A stretch of 64,000 nucleotides of DNA, taken from the NCBI GenBank assembly GCA_041660025.1, contig JBAZXD010000002.1:68635-132634 (forward strand), in the 5' to 3' direction. Of the stretch, positions 39,501 to 52,562 are shown one piece after another. The DNA is from Minisyncoccota bacterium. GTDB lineage: Bacteria > Patescibacteriota > Minisyncoccia > Phycocordibacterales > Phycocordibacteraceae. The first letter of the stretch is position 1; the number at the start of each line of letters is the position of its first letter. Made by a program: the position numbers and the translations under genes. The notes beneath the pieces were generated by a model. The model did not search any database, was not told the DNA's origin, and saw nothing but the letters and a program-made list of their open reading frames with translations.

Positions 39501-39723
39501 GTGGGCTCTCCTCGGCTACGGCGCCGCGTACACGCTCCGCGAGATGCTCACTATCAAGTCAGACGACATCCAGGGCCGCTCTGCCGCCTTCGACGCCATC
39601 GTGAAGGGAGAACCGATCAGCCACACGGGCACTCCGGCATCCTTCGCAGTCCTTACCAACCAGATCCGCGGTCTTGCGCTCGACGTCGAGCCGCTGAATC
39701 TGCCGCCCGAACCGGAGGCGTAA
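36547..39723 (+). CDS. rpoB: RNA polymerase beta subunit
   Basis: SQFMDQ, HPSHYGRLCPI, MGSNMQKQ, GDKLAGRHGNKG, GQRFGEME. Confidence 0.98.
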   Translation: MQKKLVQKTFGAYQAPSVPFPDLVGHQRSSFDWLLKDGLTELFKEFSPITDYSGKKFELKFEDFEIGEPKYDEQFARENMRTYESPIKITVKLVNKTFGSEKSQEIFLTDMPMMTPHGSFIVSGVERAIVPQLARSFGAFFVSELLRGKPFFGAKIIPLRGVWIEIDSEADGAIFVKIDRKRKFPITQLLTVFGGGLGEAVAKHFAKDPLALSAIKATLEHDEAKSIEEAYIEIHRRMRDGDLATPENAKNFVQSLFSVERYDVGRVGRHRLNSRFGLPLSEKALEKRVLTLADFVRIISEITKLNADPSARPDDIDHLGFRRVRFVGELLQARMRVGMSRMKRNIQDRMSTIESETTLPTALVNPRPFHASVHEFFTANQLSQFMDQQNILAELENMRTLSALGPGGLTRERAGFEVRDVHPSHYGRLCPIHTPEGQNIGLILRLATHARTNDFGVIETPYVRVKNGKATSEIVYLNALDEELEYIAHGATKLDENGRIVTDSVEARHKGDPIIVTRDLITLMDASTYQMFSIATSMIPFVDHDDANRALMGSNMQKQATPVLIPEAPLVATGIETHAAMSTGRLVLATESGEVTQVDARKVIVKNKEGKSKEYRLQGLTQTNQNSAFMQRPSVVLGDTVKKGDVLADNSSTEKGQLALGQNVRVAFMSWNGANYEDAIIISERLVEEAKFTTVHIEDFDCVVRDTKLGPETTTHDIPNVGELRLKNLDEEGVIRIGAEVRPGDILVGKVTPKGETQLTPEERLLRSIFGDKAKDVKDTSLRMEGGKQGRVIGVRVFSREKGDQLETGIIKKMVVTVAQVRNVSVGDKLAGRHGNKGVISRVLPVEDMPYDKDGNPIDLILTPLGVPSRMNLGQILEMHLGLAAHTLGYQAIVPPFAGATADEIRDELVLAGFDKSGKMQLYDGRSGDAFAQTIAVGYMYILKLHHMVEDKIHMRSIGPYSLITQQPLGGKAQNGGQRFGEMEVWALLGYGAAYTLREMLTIKSDDIQGRSAAFDAIVKGEPISHTGTPASFAVLTNQIRGLALDVEPLNLPPEPEA

Positions 39724-39745
39724 CTTTATTAATTCTTCTACCTTT

Positions 39746-43468
<3,723 letters not shown>

Positions 43469-43489
43469 TTTGAAAGTATAAAAAAGTTT

Positions 43490-43525
43490 AACGGCGCGGA
43501 CCTTTTCAGGTTTCCGCGCCGTTTT
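43490..43525. terminator. bidirectional terminator after rpoC
   Basis: AACGGCGCGGA...TCCGCGCCGTT stem followed by Ts. Confidence 0.8.
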
Positions 43526-43528
43526 GGC

Positions 43529-43708
43529 TTAACAACGAAAGGTAACGAAAAGAAGAGAACCCCACGCCATGTAATAGAGCTTGTGGACTATCCCAGCCAA
43601 GAAGGCTGTTTCCGAACCTCCAAGTTGAGTACCGATAGCGCTATCGAGCAGAGAACCTACGACAGCACCGATGACTGCAACCACGATGAAAATCAGGCCT
43701 TTATTCAT
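43529..43708 (-). CDS. 59-aa two-TM microprotein (not in the ORF track)
   Basis: MNKGLIFIVVAVIGAVVGSLLDSAIG...LYYMAWGSLLFVTFRC*; AAGGAG SD; TTGACA-17-TATCCT at 43809-43781. Confidence 0.75.
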   Translation of the reverse strand: MNKGLIFIVVAVIGAVVGSLLDSAIGTQLGGSETAFLAGIVHKLYYMAWGSLLFVTFRC

Positions 43709-43841
43709 GTTCGCTCCTTCTCTGGTGGCCGGACTGTGACCGAAATATTCGACTCACAAACGGCATGCAATCTAAGGGATAGGATAGCATAGTCAAGCAG
43801 TTTTGTCAAGCACGCGCAAAACGCGGTAGAATTGAGAAATC

Positions 43842-45530
43842 ATGGCGAAGGATACGGTGGCGGAGATTAAGGAGCGATTGAGCATTCAGGACATCATCAG
43901 TCCGTATGTGAAGTTGCGGCGGGCGGGGAGGTCGATGGTCGGCCTGTGCCCGTTCCATAAGGAGAAGACCGGTAGCTTCCACGTCAGTCTCGAGCGCGGG
44001 AGCTGGCACTGCTTCGGCTGCGGGGAGGGTGGCGATGGTTTTTCTTTTATTGAGAAGATAGAGGGGGTAGATTTCAAGGGCGCGCTGAAGATGCTCGCCG
44101 AGAAGGCGGGCGTCACTATCGAATATTCTGGTGGTGGCAATAAAGAAGACGCGACGAAGAAAGAACGCCTGCGCGCCTTGATGAGTCGCGCGAGCGAGTG
44201 GTACGCGGGTAAGCTCGCGGGCAGTCCCGCTGAAGCGTATGCGAAACAGCGCGGCTTGACCCCCGAGACTATTGCCACGTGGCGCCTCGGCTATGCGCCC
44301 GAGGCGTGGCGCGCCCTGCTTGAAGCGTTCACGGCCGAGGGATTCTCGGTAGATGAGCTTCTCGCCGCAGGGCTTATCAAGGAGGCGGATGGGAAGCCGG
44401 GCACCTACTACGACCGATTCCGCAATCGGCTGATGTTCCCGATACGTGATGCCGCCGGCCGTGTCGTCGCTTTCACCGGACGCGCGCTCGCGGCGGATGA
44501 CCTCGCGAAGTATCTCAATTCTCCAGAGACCGAGCTCTACCACAAATCCGAGATTCTCTTCGGCATGGACTTCGCGAAGGATGCGATACGGGTGCGTAAG
44601 TTCACGATGCTCGTCGAAGGACAGATAGATGTACTCCTCGCACACCAGGCCGGATTTCAGAATGCAATTGCGCTCTCGGGTACGGCGCTTTCAGAAAAGC
44701 ATCTATCTCTGATGAAGCGGTACAGCGAGAATTTGATGCTCGTTCTCGACGCCGATGCCGCCGGCCTTACCGCGACCGCGCGGTCGTCCGCGCTCGCGCT
44801 TCGCGAGGGGTTACGTGTGAAGGCGGCACGGCTCCCGGCGGGGAAAGATCCGGCAGAGCTCATCAGCGAAGACGCAAAAGATTTTGCGAAGCGTGTTACC
44901 GAGGCGAAACCGATTGTAGATTTTTTTCTTGCGGAGCTCGCAGAAAAGGAGAGCGATCCGCACCGGCTCTTGCGCGTGGCAGAGCATATCGTGCTCCCGC
45001 TCATCGCGGCGATGCCGAGCCCGATGGAGCGTGAACATTTCATACAGGCGACTGCGCGCTCTCTCTCGCTTTCGGGTGAAGCTGTCCGTGAGTCGCTTAA
45101 GCGCCTACCGAAACTTCAGGAAGCCGGCGGTAGTACTACCATACAGAAGCCAATGGCATATTCCGTGCTCTCAGCGCGAAAGGCACGAGAAGAGCAACTC
45201 CTCGCCGTTGTCCACGCTTACCCTGATACGCCCCTTGCCAAACGCATCAAAATTGAGTATTGTCGAATTACTGAAGCTCAGGAGTTGCCGCTCGCTACGC
45301 CTCCGGAATCGGCCCTGTTCTATGCGGAACAGACATTCGGCGAAGGTTCGGACAGTGATGCGGCAAACGAGCTTCTCCACGCCTTTGAAGAAGCGGTTAT
45401 CCGCGAGGCGTATCAGGGAGCAGTAACAAACCTACGAAGAGCCGAGGCTGCAGGGGACGCGGCCGCGGTTGCAGTTGCACAAGCGGTGTGCACCAAGCTC
45501 TCTGCACGTCTCGCGTCGCTCGGGGGCTAA
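43842..45530 (+). CDS. dnaG: DNA primase
   Basis: [45 protein letters not shown]. Confidence 0.96.
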   Translation: MAKDTVAEIKERLSIQDIISPYVKLRRAGRSMVGLCPFHKEKTGSFHVSLERGSWHCFGCGEGGDGFSFIEKIEGVDFKGALKMLAEKAGVTIEYSGGGNKEDATKKERLRALMSRASEWYAGKLAGSPAEAYAKQRGLTPETIATWRLGYAPEAWRALLEAFTAEGFSVDELLAAGLIKEADGKPGTYYDRFRNRLMFPIRDAAGRVVAFTGRALAADDLAKYLNSPETELYHKSEILFGMDFAKDAIRVRKFTMLVEGQIDVLLAHQAGFQNAIALSGTALSEKHLSLMKRYSENLMLVLDADAAGLTATARSSALALREGLRVKAARLPAGKDPAELISEDAKDFAKRVTEAKPIVDFFLAELAEKESDPHRLLRVAEHIVLPLIAAMPSPMEREHFIQATARSLSLSGEAVRESLKRLPKLQEAGGSTTIQKPMAYSVLSARKAREEQLLAVVHAYPDTPLAKRIKIEYCRITEAQELPLATPPESALFYAEQTFGEGSDSDAANELLHAFEEAVIREAYQGAVTNLRRAEAAGDAAAVAVAQAVCTKLSARLASLGG

Positions 45531-45568
45531 TCAAACCATTTTCATTTTATTTCATTGTATTTTTTAGC

Positions 45569-46810
45569 ATGGCGAAATCTGTTGCAAAAAAGAAGAAAGC
45601 CGCAAAGAAGCCCGCAAAGAAGCGAGTTGCTAAGCGCGCGCCTGCCAAGAAGAAAAAGCCGGTGAAGTCGAGTCATAATAAGGCGAAACACGCCGCGAAG
45701 AAGATTATCCGCACCGCAGTGCGCGGTGCGAAGGCAAAGGCGAATACGCAGAAGGCGCTCTCGGCGGAGACACTTATCGAGAAGGGAAAGGAGCGCGGCT
45801 ACGTCACCTACAGCGAAATCCTGAAATCGTTCCCGCACGTCGAGGACGATGTCAGCTTCCTCGAATCGCTCTACGAACGGTTCGCTATCGCGGGCGTCGA
45901 CGTGCTCGAGGGTGGGATGCTCGAGGACGCCGCCGACGAGTATCTCGCCACGCGCAACATCAAGGACCGTCACTCCACCGGCTATGATTCCATTCAGATA
46001 TATCTCCGCGAGATAGGCCAATACCCGCTTCTCACCGCCGCCGAGGAGCGCGAGCTCGCGAAGCGCATCGAGAAGAGCGACGCGGAGGCGCGCAACATCC
46101 TCGCGCGCTCGAACCTGCGCCTCGTGGTCTCTATCGCGAAGAAGTATGTCGGCCGCTCGCCCGACCTCACCCTGCTTGATCTTATTCAAGAAGGGAATCT
46201 CGGCCTGTTCCGCGCCGTAGACAAGTTCGATTGGAAGAAGGGGTACAAGTTCTCGACCTACGCGACGTGGTGGATCCGCCAGGCGATTACGCGCGCCCTA
46301 GCCGACCAGTCGCGCACCATCCGCATCCCCGTGCATATGGTGGAGACCATCGCTAAATATAAGCAGATATCGCGCCGCCTCGCGCAGGCGCTCGGCCGCG
46401 ACCCTCAGCCGGAGGAGATTGCAGTGGAGATGGGTGTCGAGCCGGAGAAGATATATCAGATAGAGAAGATTAATCAGGACACGCTCTCTCTCGAGAATCC
46501 GGTCGGGAGCGACGACGACGATAAATCGACACTCGGCGACTTCATCCCCGACGATAAGATCCCCTCGCCGGTACAGGAATCCTCGGAGCGCATCCTCTCT
46601 GAGCAGGTGAAGGCGATACTGAGCGACCTCTCGCCGAAGGAACGCAAGATTTTGGAAATGCGCCATGGGCTCATGGACGGCATTTATCACACGCTGGAGG
46701 AAGTGGGGCGCGAGTTCGGCGTGACCCGCGAGCGCATCCGCCAGATAGAAGCGAAGGCGCTCGAGAAGATCCGTACCCACGACAAAGCCCGCCACCTGAA
46801 ATCGTACTAG
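45569..46810 (+). CDS. rpoD: primary sigma-70 factor with a Lys/Ala-rich N-terminal tail
   Basis: [46 protein letters not shown]; follows dnaG. Confidence 0.96.
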   Translation: MAKSVAKKKKAAKKPAKKRVAKRAPAKKKKPVKSSHNKAKHAAKKIIRTAVRGAKAKANTQKALSAETLIEKGKERGYVTYSEILKSFPHVEDDVSFLESLYERFAIAGVDVLEGGMLEDAADEYLATRNIKDRHSTGYDSIQIYLREIGQYPLLTAAEERELAKRIEKSDAEARNILARSNLRLVVSIAKKYVGRSPDLTLLDLIQEGNLGLFRAVDKFDWKKGYKFSTYATWWIRQAITRALADQSRTIRIPVHMVETIAKYKQISRRLAQALGRDPQPEEIAVEMGVEPEKIYQIEKINQDTLSLENPVGSDDDDKSTLGDFIPDDKIPSPVQESSERILSEQVKAILSDLSPKERKILEMRHGLMDGIYHTLEEVGREFGVTRERIRQIEAKALEKIRTHDKARHLKSY

Positions 46811-46826
46811 AGGGTATACTCCTCCC

Positions 46827-47762
46827 ATGAGGAGAAAGAAGAAAACGGTAAAAAAGGGGAAGAAGCTCTTGCCCATCAAGCACTGGAGCCATTCGAGCTT
46901 GATGGCGTTTTTGAGGAATCCCTTGGCTTGGTACAAGCGCTACGTGGAGGAGATATATGACGCGCCCACGACGCCCGCGGCCGTCATCGGGAGCGCGGGG
47001 CACCTCGCGCTGGAGCATTTCTACCTCCAAGTGAGTGAGTGCCAGAAGAACGCTTCAGAGCGCTCTTCTGGCCGAGCGAACGCCGGAGGCAACACTTCCT
47101 TGGAGAAGTGTTATAAGGGCGCGCCGAAGGATATCGCGATACAAAAAGGTCTCGAATACGTACGCAACGTTGCCGACTTCGAGATTAATCTCGGCAAAGC
47201 GAAGAGCAAACGTGCGAAGAAGGAAAAGCGTAAGCACATGGAAGAAGAGTATCTGCGTGCCATCGGGTATTACCTCGCGCGGCCGCCGCGGCACAAGGTG
47301 CTCGGGGTCGAGGTACGAGGTGTTGTGGAGATAGAGGGGGTCCCGCTCCCCATCAAAGCGATTTCAGACCTGGTCGTTGAGTCGCGCGTAGAGAAGGGCG
47401 CGGTGGACATCGTGGACCATAAGTTCGTCGCATCGTTTAGCAAGGGAGGCGCCGCGAAGTCCCTTTTCATCGTGCAAGCGATTTTCAATTACTACACCGT
47501 GAGCGTGATGTTCGGGAAGCCGGTGCGGCGCTTTATCGTCTACGAATGCAAGAAGACGCGGAACGCTGACGGGAGTTCGCAGATGAAGCGGTATGAAATA
47601 GATTTCGCGAAGCACGCACAGGACTTCAAGGTCTTCCATCGGCTCATCAACGATGCGACGGCAGAGATATCTCGACAACGCGTGTACCTCCCGAACCCGT
47701 CCGATATGTTCGAGGGCGACAACTCGTTTGATATTTATCGGCTTGAATTGGTGGACGATTAA
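46827..47762 (+). CDS. PD-(D/E)XK nuclease-family protein (RecB/AddB-like) with a 30-aa in-frame insert
   Basis: HWSHSSL, GSAGHLALE, GVE, ISDLV, DIVDHK, QAIFNY. Confidence 0.75.
   Translation: MRRKKKTVKKGKKLLPIKHWSHSSLMAFLRNPLAWYKRYVEEIYDAPTTPAAVIGSAGHLALEHFYLQVSECQKNASERSSGRANAGGNTSLEKCYKGAPKDIAIQKGLEYVRNVADFEINLGKAKSKRAKKEKRKHMEEEYLRAIGYYLARPPRHKVLGVEVRGVVEIEGVPLPIKAISDLVVESRVEKGAVDIVDHKFVASFSKGGAAKSLFIVQAIFNYYTVSVMFGKPVRRFIVYECKKTRNADGSSQMKRYEIDFAKHAQDFKVFHRLINDATAEISRQRVYLPNPSDMFEGDNSFDIYRLELVDD
47022..47113 (+). mobile_element. TA-flanked two-hairpin mini-element inserted in frame
   Basis: TA-CCTCCAAGTGAGTGAGT-[GCCAGAAGA..TCTTCTGGC]-CGAGCGAACGCCGGAG-[AACACTTC..GAAGTGTT]-A; net 90 nt; related to 11058-11139. 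Confidence 0.75.
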
Positions 47763-48421
47763 TTTGCAAGCGCTTCGTCGATAAGTTTCTTTACCGCGTC
47801 GTAGGGGTAGGCGCCTGCCATCTCGATCGGCGGCTTGCCGTCAACGAGGATGAGCGAATAAGGGGTACCCCGGGCGTCCATATCGAGCGCATTCTGGCGG
47901 TCCGCCAGAATGCGCGCCTCAACAGTGGTGGAGGCGCTTGCGAAGCAGGTCGCGAACGCGTCGCCCGAGATACCCACTGAAGCGGCGAGCGTGCCGTAGC
48001 TTCCGGTATCAGCCGGTTGGTTCGCGAAGAGCGCATCACTGAACTTCCAGAAGACATCATTGCCTGCGACGGAGGCGGCACACTCGGCGGCGCGCGCGTG
48101 GGTAAGCGCGTTCGGGTGTATCTCGATGAGCGGGAATTGACGGAAGACCCACGCGACGTCGCCGTCCGCGCCTTCGTTCGCGATGACTTGATGCAGAGTA
48201 TCGTGGAAATCTTTGCAGAATTCGCAGTCGAAGTCCGAGTACTCAATGATCATAACCTTCGCGGCGGGATTTCCGAGGATATGGTCGGCGGCGCCGACTG
48301 GCCGTACAAGCGAAGGGTTGCCGATGTTCGTCGGCGTCTTCGGCACCGAGGCGTAGAGCGCCCCGGCGACGATGACGCCCCCGAGGATAATTGCCAGAGG
48401 GATGGTGTAGGACGACCGCAT
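47759..48421 (-). CDS. DsbA-family (thioredoxin_4) protein
   Basis: N-terminal TM, DHILGNP, EYSDFDCEFC, FPL..HP, GTPYS. Confidence 0.9.
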   Translation of the reverse strand: MRSSYTIPLAIILGGVIVAGALYASVPKTPTNIGNPSLVRPVGAADHILGNPAAKVMIIEYSDFDCEFCKDFHDTLHQVIANEGADGDVAWVFRQFPLIEIHPNALTHARAAECAASVAGNDVFWKFSDALFANQPADTGSYGTLAASVGISGDAFATCFASASTTVEARILADRQNALDMDARGTPYSLILVDGKPPIEMAGAYPYDAVKKLIDEALAN

Positions 48422-48497
48422 GTCCCTATAGAGTATCAAAAAAAAGCGCGCGGGTAACTTACCCACGCGCATAACCTTTCCTAGAGCTTCATTCTTT

Positions 48498-48836
48498 TTA
48501 ATTCGACAGAAACTTTCCGATCGGTGAGACCAGGAAGTAGCTCACGCCGACCGCTATCATCACGCCGACCAGAGCACTGGCGAGCGAGTAGCTAGCACAC
48601 AGCAGTATCCAGAATGCCCACGGATAGGCGTGGCCCTGGGGGACAAGGTGCGGCGTATAAAGTACTACGCCGAAAGCCAGTATCGCGGCTGTGTACAGGA
48701 TGGTGCGACCATCCCACACAAGGACAAGCCGCCGCCTGTTTTGAGTCGCGTCGGCGCCCATACAGCCGTGCATGAAGCCGAATGTCACTATCGCCAACCA
48801 GATGGCGGATAACCCGATGTTCTGTAGCATCTTCAC
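48498..48836 (-). CDS. accessory small multi-TM membrane protein
   Basis: TTGACA-16-TATAAT (48940-48913), AGGA SD, three hydrophobic segments, terminator at 48439-48470. Confidence 0.75.
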   Translation of the reverse strand: MKMLQNIGLSAIWLAIVTFGFMHGCMGADATQNRRRLVLVWDGRTILYTAAILAFGVVLYTPHLVPQGHAYPWAFWILLCASYSLASALVGVMIAVGVSYFLVSPIGKFLSN

Positions 48837-48997
48837 CCCTCCTTTCCTATGTCCATCTTAATCCGCAGAGTGCGGGTGGCGGGGAATCCGCCGGAACTAC
48901 AAGCCGGATTGCATTATATAGATAAAGATTTCTTTGTCAATTAAAAAACAAAAACGCGCGGAGGGATGCCCCGCGCGTTTTTCCAAGCTGTTGTCGG

Positions 48998-49324
48998 CTA
49001 CTTGCCGCTCTGTAAAGCCGAGCGTTGTTTAAGACCGAGCAGCTTGAAGACGATGCCCCAGAAGTAAAACGAAGCTATCGTCATCGCAATCTCGACAAGT
49101 GCGGAGACGGTATAGTACATCCACAATGACAGACCAGGATACCTCTCAGTCATCGTAAACCCAAACAGTACCGCCCCTACCCAGTACAGACCGAAAGTTG
49201 CCCCCAGCATCATCGGGAGATCCTTATCCGGTTCATTGCTGTTGTACTGGGAACGAAAGGCGCTTCCCATTACCAGCACGGAAATGAGCATTGCTAAGAA
49301 TCCAGCTTCCCCAAACGTCAACAT
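48998..49324 (-). CDS. accessory small multi-TM membrane protein
   Basis: TTGACG-17-TATACT, GGAGGAG SD, three hydrophobic segments, terminator at 48950-48982. Confidence 0.75.
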   Translation of the reverse strand: MLTFGEAGFLAMLISVLVMGSAFRSQYNSNEPDKDLPMMLGATFGLYWVGAVLFGFTMTERYPGLSLWMYYTVSALVEIAMTIASFYFWGIVFKLLGLKQRSALQSGK

Positions 49325-49447
49325 ATAATTCTCCTCCGAGAAATCTCTGTCCCGCAGAGCCGGTGAGCGAAAGATTCGCTAAACAATCAATCTAAAGGCA
49401 GTATAGGTAAAAATTTCGTGTCGTCAACGTACGGCGCCGGAGCTTTT

Positions 49448-50035
49448 CTAGAGCGGGAAGGCGTGGGTCATTGCCGGCGCGAGAGAAGCGCTGGTAGGAA
49501 CAATCCAGTGGGAAGTGTCGAGCTTGATATCGCGGATGTCGCGCAGGTCTTTGTATTTCAGCACGCCATGATTGAGCGCATAGTCGTAGAGCTCGCGCGT
49601 GAGGCGGACGTCCTCGATACAGTATTCGGCGACCTTGTCTCGCTTACCCTCCTTCCACCACTCGCCGGCCTTGAGTCCGTCGCCTTTCTTCCCGCGACCG
49701 AGCGTGGCTTCAGCGAGCGACTGGAGCCGGATACGGCGGCCGAGCACCTTCTGCACCTCGGAGAGCAGGTCGAGCGAGCGGATGTGGGAGAGATTGCCTG
49801 GGTAGTAGCGATTCAAAAGCGGGATGTCGAACGTGTCGGAATTGAATCCGATGAGCTGATCTGCGCGTTCGAGTATTGGCCAGAGCCGAGGGAGCTCTTC
49901 TCTGAAGTATGAGGAATATTCGCCGGTCTCCGAGTCGTGGATGCCGACAACAGTGAGTTCCTGCTGATTCACGTCGATATGGCCGCGCACCACGGAATCG
50001 GAAATGGATTCAATATCGAAGGTGATGGCGCGCAT
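49448..50035 (-). CDS. RNase H-like 3'-5' exonuclease domain protein (YprB/RNase_H_2-like)
   Basis: FDIES, IGFNSDTFD, LQSLAEATLG, YCIEDV. Confidence 0.85.
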   Translation of the reverse strand: MRAITFDIESISDSVVRGHIDVNQQELTVVGIHDSETGEYSSYFREELPRLWPILERADQLIGFNSDTFDIPLLNRYYPGNLSHIRSLDLLSEVQKVLGRRIRLQSLAEATLGRGKKGDGLKAGEWWKEGKRDKVAEYCIEDVRLTRELYDYALNHGVLKYKDLRDIRDIKLDTSHWIVPTSASLAPAMTHAFPL

Positions 50036-50039
50036 AGGA

Positions 50040-51308
50040 TTAGCTCTCCGCGCGCAAGCGCGCGGAGAGCTCGGAGAGGGGAAGTCCGACTTCCTCGCCG
50101 GTCGCGAGTATCTTCATACGGATCGTATTATTCGTGTTCTCGTCCGCGCCGTAGGCGGCAAAGAGCGGGATGCTGCGTTTCACCGCGTCCTTGATCTGGT
50201 CGCCGAGCGCGCGGCCGCTCAGGTTGACGAAGATGCGACAGCCCTGTGCGCGGAGCGTGTTCGCGAACGCCTGTGCGGCAGGAATGTCGCTCTCGTTCGG
50301 CGTACCGAGATAGAGTTGCGGCCTGCCGTTGCTTGCACTTGGTACGAGCGAATGTGTCTCGAGGAAGTCAGAGAGTGTGACGTCGCCGAGCGCGAAGCCG
50401 ACTGCCGGGATAGGGTCGCCGCCCCAGAGAGCGACCAGGCCGTCGTAGCGGCCGCCGCCGAAGAGCGCACGCGGGTTCGCGGGGTTCGTGTCGTACACTT
50501 CGAAGATCATACCGGTGTAGTAGTCGAATCCGCGCGTGATGCCCGAATCGAAGACGACGTTGCCGACGCCGCGCGCCTTGAGCGATTCGATGAAGTCGAG
50601 CAGTCGGCGCTTCTCGCCCGCAACAGTCGAATCTTCGCTCGAATTCTCGATGAGCGCGAGCGGGTCCTTCGCAGAGATCGTCGCACTCGCCGCGGCGAAG
50701 GCCTCGGGTGCCATCTTCGACTTCTTATCGAGGAGGCGCAGGTATTGCCGGACATCGTCGCCCGTGAGCCCTGCCGCCGCGCATGCGGCAGAGAGTAGGG
50801 TGCGCGAGTTGATGCGGATGATGAAGGAGTTCTCGGCGGCTCCAAATGCCTTGAGTATCGCGGAGGCAATCTGCACAATCTCCATATCCGCTTCGCCCTC
50901 GGGGAGTCCAACCAGGTCGATATCCGCCTGATAGAACTCGCGCAGACGACCTTTCTGCGGCCGCTCGTAGCGGAAGCGGTCGCCGATAGAGAACCAACGA
51001 AGCGGGAAGGCGAGCTCGCGCCGTTTGCCGGCGACCATCCGCGCAAGCGTCGGCGTCATCTCGGGGCGGAGCGTCACGCGGCGGTCGCCGCGGTCGGTGA
51101 AGGTGTAGGTTTGTTCGCCGACTATTTCTTCCGAGGTCTTCGCTTCGTAGAGCTCGGCACGCTCGAGCGGAGAGGCGTTGTACTCTTCATACCCCCACTG
51201 CCGAAGCGTCTCGCGGACGCGCGCGAACAGCGCATCAAGCCTCCGCCAGTCGGCGGGATAGAAATCGCGGACGCCCTTGTAAGGGTCGGTTGAAAGCGGT
51301 TCGGACAT
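50040..51308 (-). CDS. hisS: histidyl-tRNA synthetase
   Basis: KGVRDF, LRPEMTP, RYERPQKGRLREFYQ, RGFDYYTG, GGGRYD. Confidence 0.96.
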   Translation of the reverse strand: MSEPLSTDPYKGVRDFYPADWRRLDALFARVRETLRQWGYEEYNASPLERAELYEAKTSEEIVGEQTYTFTDRGDRRVTLRPEMTPTLARMVAGKRRELAFPLRWFSIGDRFRYERPQKGRLREFYQADIDLVGLPEGEADMEIVQIASAILKAFGAAENSFIIRINSRTLLSAACAAAGLTGDDVRQYLRLLDKKSKMAPEAFAAASATISAKDPLALIENSSEDSTVAGEKRRLLDFIESLKARGVGNVVFDSGITRGFDYYTGMIFEVYDTNPANPRALFGGGRYDGLVALWGGDPIPAVGFALGDVTLSDFLETHSLVPSASNGRPQLYLGTPNESDIPAAQAFANTLRAQGCRIFVNLSGRALGDQIKDAVKRSIPLFAAYGADENTNNTIRMKILATGEEVGLPLSELSARLRAES

Positions 51309-51430
51309 AGAGCGATTTTATCACGGACCACAGGGGATAACATCATCCGGTCTGTACGGCAGGTCTATACTAATGACGGATGGGCGGTTGTACACCTTGA
51401 TTCCGATCAACCTTGATAAGGGAGGTGGGT

Positions 51431-51686
51431 ATGAAGATATTCGATGCCATTTTCGATGCTTGGAATGCTTTTTTCGAGCAACGGAGGAAAACGGCTGCGG
51501 AGCGGGAATTCAGGCGCCTTGTTTCGAGATGGGATTCTCGTCATCCGTACAGCGGTAGCGCAGGACCCTATCTCCAACTCGAAAAGTGAGGTGACTATAT
51601 CTCATCGCCGCGAAGCCCAAGTTAGCCTTGTTCTGATTTCGGCTCATTGTTCGAACGGCGAGGTACAAGTTTTCCCCCGACGATAG
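51431..51686 (+). pseudogene. accessory ORF, possibly frameshifted
   Basis: GGAGG SD and ATG 51431 give a 52-aa ORF ending at 51589; another frame stays open to 51686, just before terminator ACAAGACGG/CCGTCTTGT. Confidence 0.4.
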
Positions 51687-51738
51687 GAATTTCGCGGGCT
51701 CACACAAGACGGCATCAAAACCGTCTTGTTTTGTATTT

Positions 51739-52272
51739 CTATACGCCCGTACCCGGTTTGGTGGAGACGTATTTGAGGATGAGGTCGCGCATTTGCCCGG
51801 GACGTGAGATGCCGCGCATCGTGAATTCCACATCCGCACCTGCGCTCTGGACCTTAATATCGCCGATGTCGAGCAGAGAGGAGACGACCCCGGAGATGTT
51901 CGTTGTCACATCCTGGACGCGCGGCAAGAGCAGGCTCGACACTTCGCGGACGAAGAAGCGACGCTGTTTGATGGTGGCGATGCGCTGGTTGGTGAGCACC
52001 CAGACATTAAGGAAGTAGCGGGTGAAGGAGCCCCACGCGCCCATCCAGGAGAGAAGCAGCCAGATGCCGAGCGTCGCACGCCCGAGCGGCGTGGAGAAGT
52101 CGAAGAATGCCGCGTAGGAAGCGAAGGGCGGCGCAAGGACGAGCAGTTTCGGAAGCGCGAATGGAGCAATGATAAGAATGGCATAAGGCAGGAGCCCCGC
52201 GAGGAAGAGGAGCCAGTGCTTGCGCACCTGCTTCACAACGTGTTCGCCCGGTTCGAGTTCAAATTCTTTCAT
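51739..52272 (-). CDS. membrane protein with a bacterial PH (bPH_2) domain
   Basis: LEPGE...RKHW, 2 TM, VLTNQRI, VQDV, GDIKVQSAG. Confidence 0.85.
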   Translation of the reverse strand: MKEFELEPGEHVVKQVRKHWLLFLAGLLPYAILIIAPFALPKLLVLAPPFASYAAFFDFSTPLGRATLGIWLLLSWMGAWGSFTRYFLNVWVLTNQRIATIKQRRFFVREVSSLLLPRVQDVTTNISGVVSSLLDIGDIKVQSAGADVEFTMRGISRPGQMRDLILKYVSTKPGTGV

Positions 52273-52562
52273 GGCAGGTATGCGGAGAGGAAATACCCCT
52301 GGCCGGAAAGGACGTACGACATAAGCGCGAGCGATACGAATAGATGGAGAGCTATCGCGGGGAGAGCAACCAGCGAAGCGTGGGAATATTTCAGCCAATG
52401 ATAGATGGCGACCAGCGTGTAGACGGCCCAGAAGGCGAAGACCGCGTAGAGTACCCAGACCACAGTGCCGCCGGTCGAGAAGTTCGCCGAGAATCCGTCC
52501 GGCAGGTACGAGAGCAGGGCAGAGGAGGGTGGCGCAAATGGCTGGAGCGGTTGGTCGAGCAT
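52269..52562 (-). CDS. small two-TM membrane protein
   Basis: Overlaps both neighbours; YHWLKYS between hydrophobic helices. Confidence 0.7.
   Translation of the reverse strand: MLDQPLQPFAPPSSALLSYLPDGFSANFSTGGTVVWVLYAVFAFWAVYTLVAIYHWLKYSHASLVALPAIALHLFVSLALMSYVLSGQGYFLSAYLP

Noticed and set aside
46827-47762. Cas4 or defence island
   Set aside because: No Fe-S Cys cluster motif and no neighbouring defence genes; a generic PD-(D/E)XK protein
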